DNA from: Candidatus Krumholzibacteriia bacterium
Lineage (GTDB): Bacteria > Krumholzibacteriota > Krumholzibacteriia > Krumholzibacteriales > Krumholzibacteriaceae
Assembly (NCBI GenBank): GCA_963836185.1
Contig: CAWIIQ010000001.1
Span: 1,728,001 to 1,792,000 of the forward strand
Length of the DNA stretch: 64,000 nt
Direction: 5' to 3'
The notes beneath the pieces are model-generated. The model worked only from the letters and a program-made list of their open reading frames with translations. It did no database searches and was not told where the DNA came from. A program made the translations under genes and the position numbers. Positions 1 through 10,406 of the stretch are shown here, piece by piece; positions within the stretch are counted from its first letter, which is position 1, and each line of letters begins with the position of its first letter.

Positions 1-68
1 TATTGGAGATCCGGGCTCAAAGTGTTGGCAAAAAACGATCTTCGCCTGCACGAACACAGCAGGGAATT
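1..68 (-). ncRNA. ssrS: 6S RNA, 5' part (runs off the window start)
   Basis: Minus strand begins AAAUUCCCUGCUGUGUUCGUG, resembling the 6S 5' end (E. coli AUUUCUCUGAGAUGUUCGC), at the conserved position just downstream of zapA. Confidence 0.6.
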
Positions 69-145
69 TCTAAAAGCGTTATGCTTTATTTTCATTCTCA
101 ATATCCCCGCTCCATGGGTTTCTCAGTTTTCCCCGGGGCGGAGGA

Positions 146-445
146 TCATCGTCCTACACTGATCTCTTCCTCCAGCATCTCGCCCAGTTTGGCGGCCTGG
201 TCCGCGAGTGCACCTTTTGCTTTCTCTCTTTCGTCCCTTTCCTGATGCAGCTCGTCGGCAATATTAAGAGCAGCTAATATGGCGATCCTTGACTGGGACA
301 TGATACCACTGGAATGGGCGATCTCCCTCATCTTGCTATCCACATAACCTGCTATCTTGTGGATATATTCGGGATCACCCGCTCCTTTTATCTTATACTC
401 CTGACCGAATATCTCAACCTTTTCTGTACTGCTTTTTTCGGTCAT
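146..445 (-). CDS. zapA: Cell division protein ZapA
   Basis: Motifs VEIFGQEYKI, YVDSKMREI and AILAALNIADEL; pheT-zapB-zapA-6S synteny. Confidence 0.92.
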   Translation of the reverse strand: MTEKSSTEKVEIFGQEYKIKGAGDPEYIHKIAGYVDSKMREIAHSSGIMSQSRIAILAALNIADELHQERDEREKAKGALADQAAKLGEMLEEEISVGR

Positions 446-520
446 CGTACTTACCTCTCAGATCAATGCGGACCCATCCTCACAACCCCTTCCCGTATAC
501 CGCCCGCGTCAGCATGAAGC

Positions 521-805
521 TTATATTTCGATCTCTTCCAGCTTCGCGAGCATCTCCTCTATCTTGTTGTTTAACTCCTCTCTTGTCTTCGCAAGGTCTT
601 TATTACCTTTATTTGCTTTCTTAAGGTGTTTGAGCTCTTTAGTCAACTCCTCATTCTTAATATAAATCGAATCGAGCTCCTCTTTCAACTTATTATTGGC
701 GTCCTCGACCTGCTTTTTATCAGCCTTCAGCTTACCGATATAATCGGCCGCCTGCTTGATCTTCTGCTCGAGCAGATCGAAGTCAGCGAGACCTGCTGTC
801 CCCAT
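521..805 (-). CDS. ZapB-like coiled-coil protein
   Basis: 94-aa heptad-rich protein (LEQKIKQA...) between pheT and zapA. Confidence 0.7.
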   Translation of the reverse strand: MGTAGLADFDLLEQKIKQAADYIGKLKADKKQVEDANNKLKEELDSIYIKNEELTKELKHLKKANKGNKDLAKTREELNNKIEEMLAKLEEIEI

Positions 806-813
806 TTCGACTC

Positions 814-3213
814 CTATTCGGACCTGAGCGTCACCTGCAGCTCGTTCTGCAGCGACATGAGCACTTTTTCTATCGTCCTGTCAACCGTTTCATCGTCCAG
901 GGTCCCATCCAGCGACCTGAATGTCATCCTGAATGCATAGCTTTTCTTCCCTTCCCCGAGACGATCGCCACGATAGTAATCGAAAAGTCTCACAGATTCA
1001 AGGTGTTTTGCTCTTTTCTTTACAACGTTTCTAACGTCAGAAAATGTAACCCTTTCCGGCGACAGGACCGAGAGATCCCGCTTTACAGCCGGATACTGGC
1101 TTATGCTGCTGAAGCTCTTTCTGCCCCCTCCGCCTGGCGGGAAAGCGTCCAGAAGAATGTCGAAGAAGTATACGGGGGTTTCAATATCAAACCTGGCCGA
1201 TACTCTCCCGGGGATCATCCCGCACCTGCCGGCAGGCCGGTTCTTCACTATCCACTCAAAGAGAAAGTCTGGTTCGTCAGCCTTTCTCCTCTCCATAACC
1301 AGATCCTCGGGCGCTCCCAGCCATTCCAGTACAGATTCCGCCTCTCCGGTCATATCAAAGAAGTCGAAATCTCTCTGCTCGCTATGCCACTGCAGCGGCG
1401 CGCTTTTTCTAGTGAACATCGCCGTAAGGTGCAGTTCCTCGTGGGGCAGCCCGCTTTCTTCTTCCCTGCTGAGGAAGATCTTGGCGAGTTCGAATATCCT
1501 GAGACCTTCCCGCTCGACAGGAGCGTTGCGCTGGATAACGCGGAGCATCCCCGGCATCAGTGATGTCCTCATCGCTGATTGAGCGACTGTCAACGGATTG
1601 GTTATCCCTACCGGCCGGCTCCTCGGATCTCCCTCACCCCATTCAAATCTTCCCGGGTCACCGGGATCCATGAACGAAGTCGTTATCACTTCCGCGAAGC
1701 CGCGAGCGGCGAGCCTGTCGCAGAGCTCGTCGTTGCGCATGTCTTCGATCGAAACCTCGGAAAACATCGAGCTTCGCCGCTCTTCGTCCCTTCCGATATT
1801 ATCGTAGCCGTAGAGCCGCGCGACTTCCTCGATAAGGTCGACTTCAACCGCTATATCCCGCCTGAATGTCGGGATAGTGACGATTACGTCCTTGCCCTCT
1901 TCCCGAGCTCCCAGATCGAATCTCGACAGGAGTTCCACGAGATCGTCGGCTGCCAGCTTCGTTCCCATCAGCCTGTTGGCCTGTTTTGTCCTCAGTGTGA
2001 CTGTCCGCGGTTCGATCACTTCATTATTCGCCAGGTGGTCCGCGTACATCTTCTCGGGGTTCCCGGCACCCATTTCTGCTATAAGCGCACAGGCTCTCTT
2101 CAGGGCCTTGACGGTGATTCCAGGATCACATTCCCTTTCAAACCGGTACGAGGCTTCCGTATCGAGCTTCAGCGCTCTGCTCGAACGGCGGACCGCACGG
2201 GGATCGAACCATGCGCTCTCTATCAGCACCCTCTTCGTTCTGTCGGTTATCTCCGTGTCCCGTCCACCCATCACTCCCGCGACCCCTACCGGGGTCTCGC
2301 CATCGGTGATCAGCAGGACGTCCTCGCCGACTTCTCTCTCGACATCATCGAGTGTATACATCGATTCAGCGGATCTTCCCCTGCGGACGAATATACCGTC
2401 CCTTCCAAGCATATCCCTGTCAAAAGCGTGCAGGGGCTGGCCCAGCTCAAGGAGAACGAAGTTGGTGACATCCACGATATTGTAGATAGGCTTGACTCCA
2501 GCCGATATCAGCAGGTCCTGCATCCATCGCGGCGACGGGCCCACCTGTATTCCATCCACGAACGCGGCGCTGTACCTGGGACAGTCACCGTCGTCCTCTG
2601 TCTCTATTGTAAATCCGTGACCAGGCTCGATGTCGAACAGCTCGGGTTCCCGCAGATCGCGCATGTACAGGGCGGCGATCTCGCGAGCGATGCCGAAGTG
2701 GGAAAGCTGGTCGGGTCTGTTTGGAGTAACTTCGATGTCCAGAATCACATCACTCGAACCGAGGCTCCCGTCGAGACTTGTTCCGGGCTTGAGGTCGAGG
2801 TCCAGCTCGATGATCCCGCTTGCATCCTCTCCGATGCCAAGCTCCGTCTCAGAGCAGATCATACCCTCGGAGAGTTCGCCCCTGAGCTTTGTCTTCTTTA
2901 TCTTGAATCCACCCTTGAGCACCGCTCCCTGGACGGCAACGGCCACGCCGAGGCCTGCCCTGACATTCGGCGCTCCGCAGACGATATTAAGCGGAGTTTC
3001 CGTGCCGGCATCGACTGTGCATACGCTGAGCTTGTCAGCATTGGGATGCCTGCCGCACTCGAGGACGCGGCCGAAGACGACACCGGTGTATTCCCCGCCC
3101 ATGACCTCGACCGATTCGACATTGAGTCCGAACATCGTCAGGTCGTGCGACAGGGTCGCCGGATCCTCTTCTATATCTACATACCTCTTCAACCAGTTCA
3201 GGCTTACCTTCAC
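814..3213 (-). CDS. pheT: Phenylalanine-tRNA ligase beta subunit
   Basis: Motifs KVSLNWL, HPNADKL, CGAPNV, TPNRPD and DLIEEVARLYGYD; GTG start overlaps the pheS stop (GTGA). Confidence 0.97.
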   Translation of the reverse strand: MKVSLNWLKRYVDIEEDPATLSHDLTMFGLNVESVEVMGGEYTGVVFGRVLECGRHPNADKLSVCTVDAGTETPLNIVCGAPNVRAGLGVAVAVQGAVLKGGFKIKKTKLRGELSEGMICSETELGIGEDASGIIELDLDLKPGTSLDGSLGSSDVILDIEVTPNRPDQLSHFGIAREIAALYMRDLREPELFDIEPGHGFTIETEDDGDCPRYSAAFVDGIQVGPSPRWMQDLLISAGVKPIYNIVDVTNFVLLELGQPLHAFDRDMLGRDGIFVRRGRSAESMYTLDDVEREVGEDVLLITDGETPVGVAGVMGGRDTEITDRTKRVLIESAWFDPRAVRRSSRALKLDTEASYRFERECDPGITVKALKRACALIAEMGAGNPEKMYADHLANNEVIEPRTVTLRTKQANRLMGTKLAADDLVELLSRFDLGAREEGKDVIVTIPTFRRDIAVEVDLIEEVARLYGYDNIGRDEERRSSMFSEVSIEDMRNDELCDRLAARGFAEVITTSFMDPGDPGRFEWGEGDPRSRPVGITNPLTVAQSAMRTSLMPGMLRVIQRNAPVEREGLRIFELAKIFLSREEESGLPHEELHLTAMFTRKSAPLQWHSEQRDFDFFDMTGEAESVLEWLGAPEDLVMERRKADEPDFLFEWIVKNRPAGRCGMIPGRVSARFDIETPVYFFDILLDAFPPGGGGRKSFSSISQYPAVKRDLSVLSPERVTFSDVRNVVKKRAKHLESVRLFDYYRGDRLGEGKKSYAFRMTFRSLDGTLDDETVDRTIEKVLMSLQNELQVTLRSE

Positions 3214-4271
3214 TCCTGCACCCCCACCCATGTCTCGTTCCAGAACTGCTTGAGGAATCTCATGTCGTTACCGAGGAAGCGGCGGATATCATCTATGCCG
3301 TATTTTAGCATCGCCATCCTCTCTATCCCCATGCCGAAAGCGAAGCCTGTCACCGAATCAGGATCGTACCCCGCGAATTTGAAAACATTAGGATGAACCA
3401 TTCCCGCGCCCATTATCTCTATCCAGCCTGTCTTCTGGCAGATCGAGCAACCTTCCCCCCTGCAGCCGAAGCAAGTCATGTCCGCCTCTGCGCTTGGTTC
3501 TGTGAATGGAAAGAAGTGCGGCCTGAACCTCACCCTCGCGTCCGGTCCGAAGAACTGATGGACGAAGAAGGTGATATCGTTACGAAGGTCGGCCAGAGAG
3601 ACATCCTTGTCGACGTACAGTCCTTCCACCTGGAAGAACTCAGCCGCGTGAGAAGGATCAGGCGTTTCGTTTCTATAGACCCTTCCCGGGGATATGATGC
3701 GAAGAGGCGGTTCGTTCTTTTCCATGAACCTCACCTGGACCGGCGAGGTCTGTGTCCTCAGCAGGATGTCCCTGTTTACGTAGAACGTATCCTGGAGATC
3801 GCGGGACGGATGGTCCGCCGGGAAGTTAAGGGCCTCGAAATTATAGTAGTCCAGTTCCACGTCGGGACCCTCGGCAATCGAGTAGCCCATCCGGTAAAAT
3901 ATAGACTTTATATCCCTGATCACCCTGTGAAGTACGTGCAGTCCACCTTCCCATCCTCTCCTGCCCGGAAGGGTGGGATCTCCTGGATACGGCTCGGCGT
4001 CACCGCATGATCCGGAAAGCTCGGCGCATCTGCTCTCGAAGAGGAGCCCGAGTTTTCCCTTCCACTCGTTTATCATGCCGCCGACGACAGGCCTCTGGTC
4101 GGCGGGGAGCTTCCCGATCGATCTGAGTGCGGATGTCATTCTCCCTTTGCGCCCGAGCCACAGTATCCTTGCCTGCTCGAGCGCTTCGAGGTCCGAGGCT
4201 TCCGCGATCTCCCGCGATGCCTCCTCCCCGAGCCTGTCTATTGAATCTCTGTCGGGGATCTCGTCACTCAT
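3210..4271 (-). CDS. pheS: Phenylalanine-tRNA ligase alpha subunit
   Basis: Motifs [26 protein letters not shown] and [10 protein letters not shown]. Confidence 0.98.
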   Translation of the reverse strand: MSDEIPDRDSIDRLGEEASREIAEASDLEALEQARILWLGRKGRMTSALRSIGKLPADQRPVVGGMINEWKGKLGLLFESRCAELSGSCGDAEPYPGDPTLPGRRGWEGGLHVLHRVIRDIKSIFYRMGYSIAEGPDVELDYYNFEALNFPADHPSRDLQDTFYVNRDILLRTQTSPVQVRFMEKNEPPLRIISPGRVYRNETPDPSHAAEFFQVEGLYVDKDVSLADLRNDITFFVHQFFGPDARVRFRPHFFPFTEPSAEADMTCFGCRGEGCSICQKTGWIEIMGAGMVHPNVFKFAGYDPDSVTGFAFGMGIERMAMLKYGIDDIRRFLGNDMRFLKQFWNETWVGVQE

Positions 4272-4624
4272 TGAAGAGATTCCTTGGCGATCTCGGCAAG
4301 TTTCGCGAATCCATCCGCGTCGTTGACCGCTATCTCCGAGAGAAGCTTCCGATTGATCTCTATGTCGGACTTCTTCAGACCGTTGATGAAACGGCTGTAG
4401 CTCAGTCCGTTGATCCTGGCCGCGGCGTTGATCCGAGCGATCCAGAGCTTGCGGAAATCTCTCTTGCGGGCCCGGCGGTCTCGATACGCGTACGACATGG
4501 CCCTGTCCACTGCTTCGCGGGCGCTTCTGTACAGGTTGCCGCGCCCGCCCACAAAGCCTTTGGCCTGTTTTAATACCTTTTTCTTCCTCTTGTGTGAAGC
4601 TACACTATGCTTTGTCCTCGGCAT
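4268..4624 (-). CDS. rplT: 50S ribosomal protein L20
   Basis: Motifs [21 protein letters not shown] and SYSRFINGL. Confidence 0.98.
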   Translation of the reverse strand: MPRTKHSVASHKRKKKVLKQAKGFVGGRGNLYRSAREAVDRAMSYAYRDRRARKRDFRKLWIARINAAARINGLSYSRFINGLKKSDIEINRKLLSEIAVNDADGFAKLAEIAKESLQ

Positions 4625-4674
4625 TGTCCTATGCCTCCCTCTCTTTTCCTTATTCTATAGGCGGGGGCAGAAAA

Positions 4675-4869
4675 TTATTTGCCCAGCATGCGCCTGATTC
4701 TTGTGGAATCCGCCTTGCTTGCTATAGTCGACTGGCGAAGTTTCCGTTTCCGCTTCGTCGACTTCTTGGTGAGAATATGGCTAGTATAAGCCTTCATCCT
4801 CCTGATCTTGCCGGTGCCGGTCAGGCGAAATCTCTTGGCCGCCCCTCTATTTGTCTTGATCTTTGGCAT
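4675..4869 (-). CDS. rpmI: 50S ribosomal protein L35
   Basis: [14 protein letters not shown]...HILTKK. Confidence 0.97.
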   Translation of the reverse strand: MPKIKTNRGAAKRFRLTGTGKIRRMKAYTSHILTKKSTKRKRKLRQSTIASKADSTRIRRMLGK

Positions 4870-5440
4870 CCCCTTCTCCACCCCCTTTTTTCGCTTTTCT
4901 GTCCGACCGGGGCCCCATGATCATGGAGATCATTCTGCCCTGTCTAATAGGTTCCTTCTCGATATGTGCTATATCGGAGAACTTATCCTCGATGATCTTG
5001 AGCATCTTGTAACCGCGCTCGAGATGTTCCATCTCCCTGCCGCGGAAGACCACCGTAAACTTTACCTTATCCCTCTGATCGAGGAATTTCTCGGCGTTCT
5101 TCATCTTGAACTGGAGATCGTGCTCTTCGATCTTGGGTCTGAGCTTGATCTCCTTGAGATGTGTCACATGCTGCTTCTTTTTCGTATCACGAGCCTTTTT
5201 GCTCTGCTCGTACTTATACTTCCCGTAGTCCATGATCTTGCAGACCGGGGGCCTGACATTGGCGGCGATCTCGACAAGGTCGAGTCCTTTTTCATCCGCG
5301 ATGGATCTGGCCTTGTCGGTAGCCATGACGCCGAGCTGCTCACCATCCTCGTCGATCACCCTTACTTCGGGTATCCGGATCATATGATTGATCCTGGTTC
5401 GCGGCTCTCGCCTGTCATCTCTCCTGAAGTTGCCTCTGAT
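4847..5440 (-). CDS. infC: Translation initiation factor IF-3, non-canonical ATC start
   Basis: GGAGGTG SD then ATC at 5440, in frame, with an in-frame TGA just upstream; this restores [15 protein letters not shown]. Also [11 protein letters not shown] and FRGRE. Confidence 0.95.
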   Translation of the reverse strand: MRGNFRRDDRREPRTRINHMIRIPEVRVIDEDGEQLGVMATDKARSIADEKGLDLVEIAANVRPPVCKIMDYGKYKYEQSKKARDTKKKQHVTHLKEIKLRPKIEEHDLQFKMKNAEKFLDQRDKVKFTVVFRGREMEHLERGYKMLKIIEDKFSDIAHIEKEPIRQGRMISMIMGPRSDRKAKKGGGEGDAKDQDK

Positions 5441-5464
5441 ACTTCACCTCCCGTGATGGGAATA

Positions 5465-5572
5465 CAAAAAGGGCGAGTAGTAGTTTCACCCGCCCGGCGT
5501 AATCGGCATCAGATGAAACCCTACAGGTACATTTCAATGACCGTAAGGTGAGGGGCTCTCGCTCCCTGCTTG
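5465..5572 (-). promoter_or_regulatory. L20-leader-type autoregulatory RNA with intrinsic terminator
   Basis: AAGCAGGGAGC-GAGA-GCCCCUC hairpin, then ACCUUAC...GUAGGGUUU hairpin, then terminator GGGCGGGUG/UACUCGCCC-UUUUU upstream of infC-rpmI-rplT. Confidence 0.75.
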
Positions 5573-5598
5573 GATCATATTACTGATCAACAGTAAAT

Positions 5599-7527
5599 CT
5601 AGTCTTTTTTCTCTATCTCGTCAACCAGTTCCTCGACGAATTCGTCGACCATCTTCGCTCCGAGGCGTCCCTTCTTCTTCGACCTGATATCGAGGGTTCC
5701 CTCGTCCATCTCTTTCTTGCCGGCTACAGCCATATAAGAGACCTTCTTGATCTCGGCATCCCTTATACAGTAACCGAGCTTCTCGTCACGCAGATCGGCT
5801 TCGGCCCTGATCCCCGCTGCCTTCAGCTTATTCAGGCATTCGACGGCATAGTCGTTCTGATCTGGCGATACAGGGATGATGACGACCTGGACCGGAGCGA
5901 GCCAGAGAGGAAACGCCCCGGCGTAATGCTCTGTCAGGGTGCCGATGAACCTCTCGATAGAGCCCAGAAGGGCCCTGTGTATCATGTATACGTATTCTTT
6001 CTTCCCATCGCTGGTCACGTACCGGACGTCGAACCGGCGAGGAAGGTTAAAATCAAACTGGATCGTAGTCGCCTGCCAGCCCCTGCCGATCGCATCGATG
6101 AGCTTCAAGTCGATCTTCGGGCCGTAGAAAACGGCCTCGCCGGGCATCTTCTCGAAGGGGATGTCCCTCTTCTCTATGGCCTTCAGCAGAGCTTCCTCGG
6201 CCATCTGCCATTCATTCTCCGATCCGGCGTACTTCTCCATGTTCTCAGGGTCGTGCGCGCTGAGCTCTACCTTGTAGTCATGGAATCCGAATGTGGTCAG
6301 TATCTCGTGAGCGAGATCGAAGCACTTGTCGACTTCTTCGTCGAGCTGTTCGGGAGTGCAGAATATATGCGCGTCGTCCTGGGTGAACCCACGCACCCTG
6401 AGCAGTCCGTGCAGGGTGCCGGAACGCTCGTTGCGATATACGGTCCCAAGCTCGGCGTACCTGACAGGCAGGTCGCGGTAGCTGTGGATCTTGGTCTTGT
6501 ATACCAGGACATGATAAGGACAGTTCATCGGCTTGAGGACGAACTCGTTGTCCTCGTCGTCGCCTATGATATACATGTTCTCCCTGTAGAAGCTCAGATG
6601 GCCCGAGGTCTCCCAGAGTTTACTGTCAGCGATATGCGGGGTCATTATTACATCGTAGCCGTTGCGCCGGTGCAGGTCCTTCCAGTAGTTCTCGATAGTC
6701 TCGCGAAGAATATACCCCTTCGGATACCAGAATACGAGACCTCCTCCCGCTTCCTCCTTGATGTCGAAAAGCTCAAGCGCCGGACCGAGCTTTCTGTGGT
6801 CGCGTTTTTTGGCCTCTTCCCTTCGCTCGAGCTCTTCTTTAAGGTCCTCGGCGCTGAAAAACGAGGTTCCATAGATTCGCTGCAGCATCTCTCTCTTCTC
6901 ATCGCCGCGCCAGTATGCCCCGGCAAGAGAGGTCAGCTTGTGATACTTCAGAAACTTTACGTCCGGAACATGGGGCCCGGTACAGAGATCGGTAAATTCT
7001 CCGAGACTGTAGACCGAAAGTTCTTCCTCGGTATCCAGATCCCGGATCAGCTCCACCTTGAATGGCTGCTCCAGCTTCTCGAAGAGCGCGATCGCCTCAT
7101 CGCGGGGAAAGAGCTTCCTCTCGAATTTCAACCCGCCCTTCCTGAGAAGTTCGCCCATCTTTTCCTCTATCTTCTCGAGGTCTTCAGGCGCCAGCCTCCG
7201 GTCCATCAGTATGTCGTAATAGAATCCGTCCTTGATCGAAGGCCCGATAGCGAATTTGACGCCCGGGTATAGTTCCTGTATCGCCAGCGCCATCAGATGA
7301 GAGGAACTGTGCCTGAGCTCGTCAAGCGAGCCTTCCGAACCGGCCAGGACGACCTCGAAGTCGCCGCCCTCCTCGATTGTCTGCTGTAGGTCATAGGTCC
7401 TTGCGCCGATACGCGCGGCGATGGCCTTTTTCCTCACCGACTGAGGCAGCCCCGAAACGATCTCCATGATCGGGGAACCTTCGGCGATTTCCTTCTTCGA
7501 TCCATCCGGATAAGTGATCTCTAACAT
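5599..7527 (-). CDS. thrS: Threonine-tRNA ligase
   Basis: Motifs RHSSSHLMA, DLCTGPH, RDHRKLG, LKPMNCP and FYGPKID; likely start MLEITYPDG. Confidence 0.98.
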   Translation of the reverse strand: MLEITYPDGSKKEIAEGSPIMEIVSGLPQSVRKKAIAARIGARTYDLQQTIEEGGDFEVVLAGSEGSLDELRHSSSHLMALAIQELYPGVKFAIGPSIKDGFYYDILMDRRLAPEDLEKIEEKMGELLRKGGLKFERKLFPRDEAIALFEKLEQPFKVELIRDLDTEEELSVYSLGEFTDLCTGPHVPDVKFLKYHKLTSLAGAYWRGDEKREMLQRIYGTSFFSAEDLKEELERREEAKKRDHRKLGPALELFDIKEEAGGGLVFWYPKGYILRETIENYWKDLHRRNGYDVIMTPHIADSKLWETSGHLSFYRENMYIIGDDEDNEFVLKPMNCPYHVLVYKTKIHSYRDLPVRYAELGTVYRNERSGTLHGLLRVRGFTQDDAHIFCTPEQLDEEVDKCFDLAHEILTTFGFHDYKVELSAHDPENMEKYAGSENEWQMAEEALLKAIEKRDIPFEKMPGEAVFYGPKIDLKLIDAIGRGWQATTIQFDFNLPRRFDVRYVTSDGKKEYVYMIHRALLGSIERFIGTLTEHYAGAFPLWLAPVQVVIIPVSPDQNDYAVECLNKLKAAGIRAEADLRDEKLGYCIRDAEIKKVSYMAVAGKKEMDEGTLDIRSKKKGRLGAKMVDEFVEELVDEIEKKD

Positions 7528-7640
7528 GTTCAGATTATCCACCCTGAGGAAGTACCGTAAGTACAGAAAGCACCGGAGCGGCGGATACTCCCCGCCCACA
7601 CCCGGGCATTTCCATTATTTGCGCGAGGGCTGCAGTAAAG

Positions 7641-7717
7641 TGGTGGGCGATACTGGAATTGAACCAGTGACCCCTTGCATGTCAAGCAAGTACTCTAACC
7701 ATCTGAGCTAATCGCCC
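7641..7717 (-). tRNA. tRNA-Val(GAC)
   Basis: Cloverleaf GGGCGAT...ATCGCCC-A-CCA with anticodon loop TT-GAC-AT; CCA is encoded. Confidence 0.97.
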
Positions 7718-7738
7718 ACCCTGCAATCTTCAGGCAGT

Positions 7739-7767
7739 ATTATAGTAACCGGAATCCGGTATTGCAA
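7739..7767 (-). promoter_or_regulatory. sigma70 promoter for tRNA-Val/thrS
   Basis: TTGCAA-17 nt-TATAAT. Confidence 0.8.
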
Positions 7768-7783
7768 CCGCATTTTCAACCAG

Positions 7784-9715
<1,932 letters not shown>

Positions 9716-9763
9716 TCACTCCTTTAAAGGTATTTCATTTATTACTAACCACTTACAATACAC

Positions 9764-9779
9764 ATCAATATCCGTGCCA
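9764..9779 (-). promoter_or_regulatory. sigma54-like -24/-12 element upstream of dnaK
   Basis: TGGCACGGATATTGAT: GG-N10-GA, with GA instead of the canonical GC at -12. Confidence 0.5.
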
Positions 9780-9879
9780 TTACCGGCCTGATTTGCGGTA
9801 CTATAACATGCTGTAAATAAATGAAATACAAGGGTAGTTCAAACGAGGTCCGAACAGGCCCGCAAATGATGCCATACAG

Positions 9880-9918
9880 ACCTGACATGAGCTGCCATGT
9901 TGTCAGCTCATGTCAGGT
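9880..9918. repeat. Perfect 15-bp inverted repeat rich in TGNCA
   Basis: ACCTGACATGAGCTG-N9-CAGCTCATGTCAGGT. Confidence 0.9.
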
Positions 9919-10219
9919 TATCGTCGGAATCGTCTTTAAAACTGCATGTTATGCTTCCGCTCTCCATCCTCAGAAGGAACTCGTAGCATATCTCGTAATT
10001 ACGCTTAGCAAGATCGCCGTAGTCATAATATACGCATTTCCCGCGTTTTGCGCAGCGGTTCCTCTCCATGCACATCGACAGGTGCTGGGCCAGCCAGGAT
10101 GTTAGATATTCTTCTTCGCCGACCTCCCACCTTTTCCGGCCACTCTCGAGATCCTGGTCGTGATGGTAGGGCAGAAGCTGTTTCCTTAGCTCCTTTATCA
10201 GTTTTTCAAGTTCTATCAT
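9908..10219 (-). CDS. Small Cys-rich hypothetical protein (103 aa)
   Basis: AGGAG upstream of the ATG; five Cys; fills an otherwise empty gap; no family recognised. Confidence 0.6.
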   Translation of the reverse strand: MIELEKLIKELRKQLLPYHHDQDLESGRKRWEVGEEEYLTSWLAQHLSMCMERNRCAKRGKCVYYDYGDLAKRNYEICYEFLLRMESGSITCSFKDDSDDNLT

Positions 10220-10235
10220 TTCTGCTTTTCTCCTG

Positions 10236-10264
10236 TTGACAGTATAGGTGTTTCTCCCTATATT
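10236..10264 (+). promoter_or_regulatory. sigma70 promoter for the putative sRNA
   Basis: TTGACA (10236-41)-17 nt-TATATT (10259-64). Confidence 0.75.
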
Positions 10265-10270
10265 TCATCC

Positions 10271-10406
10271 AGATGGGCAGGGTTCCCGTGATTTACCCTT
10301 TGCCCCTACGGTCTTACCCGGCCAAACCCCTTCGGGCAGATCACCCGCCCGGAACCAGGTCGGGCAATACCCCTGACACCAGGTTGCGGGAGCCCGCCTA
10401 TTTTTT
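10271..10406 (+). ncRNA. Putative novel small RNA with ACCC-loop hairpins
   Basis: Own promoter; ~23-bp terminal helix with several G-U pairs that form only on the + strand; three internal hairpins; U-tract end. Confidence 0.65.

Noticed and set aside
1579-3396. 605-aa + strand ORF and similar long ORFs (5926-7272, 12848-13807, 42276-43304, 53237-54316)
   Set aside because: Antisense shadows of well-conserved genes in GC-rich DNA, with no motifs of their own.
7528-7640. Hairpins in the thrS leader as a T-box or anticodon mimic
   Set aside because: No T-box consensus and no Thr anticodon-like loop is visible.
10271-10406. Reading the structured element as SRP RNA, a minus-strand riboswitch, or the 63-aa ORF 10273-10464
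   Set aside because: Lacks the SRP AGG...GNRA...AGCAG core and known aptamer cores; the terminal helix wobbles and the promoter favour the + strand; the ORF has no RBS and overlaps cca antisense.
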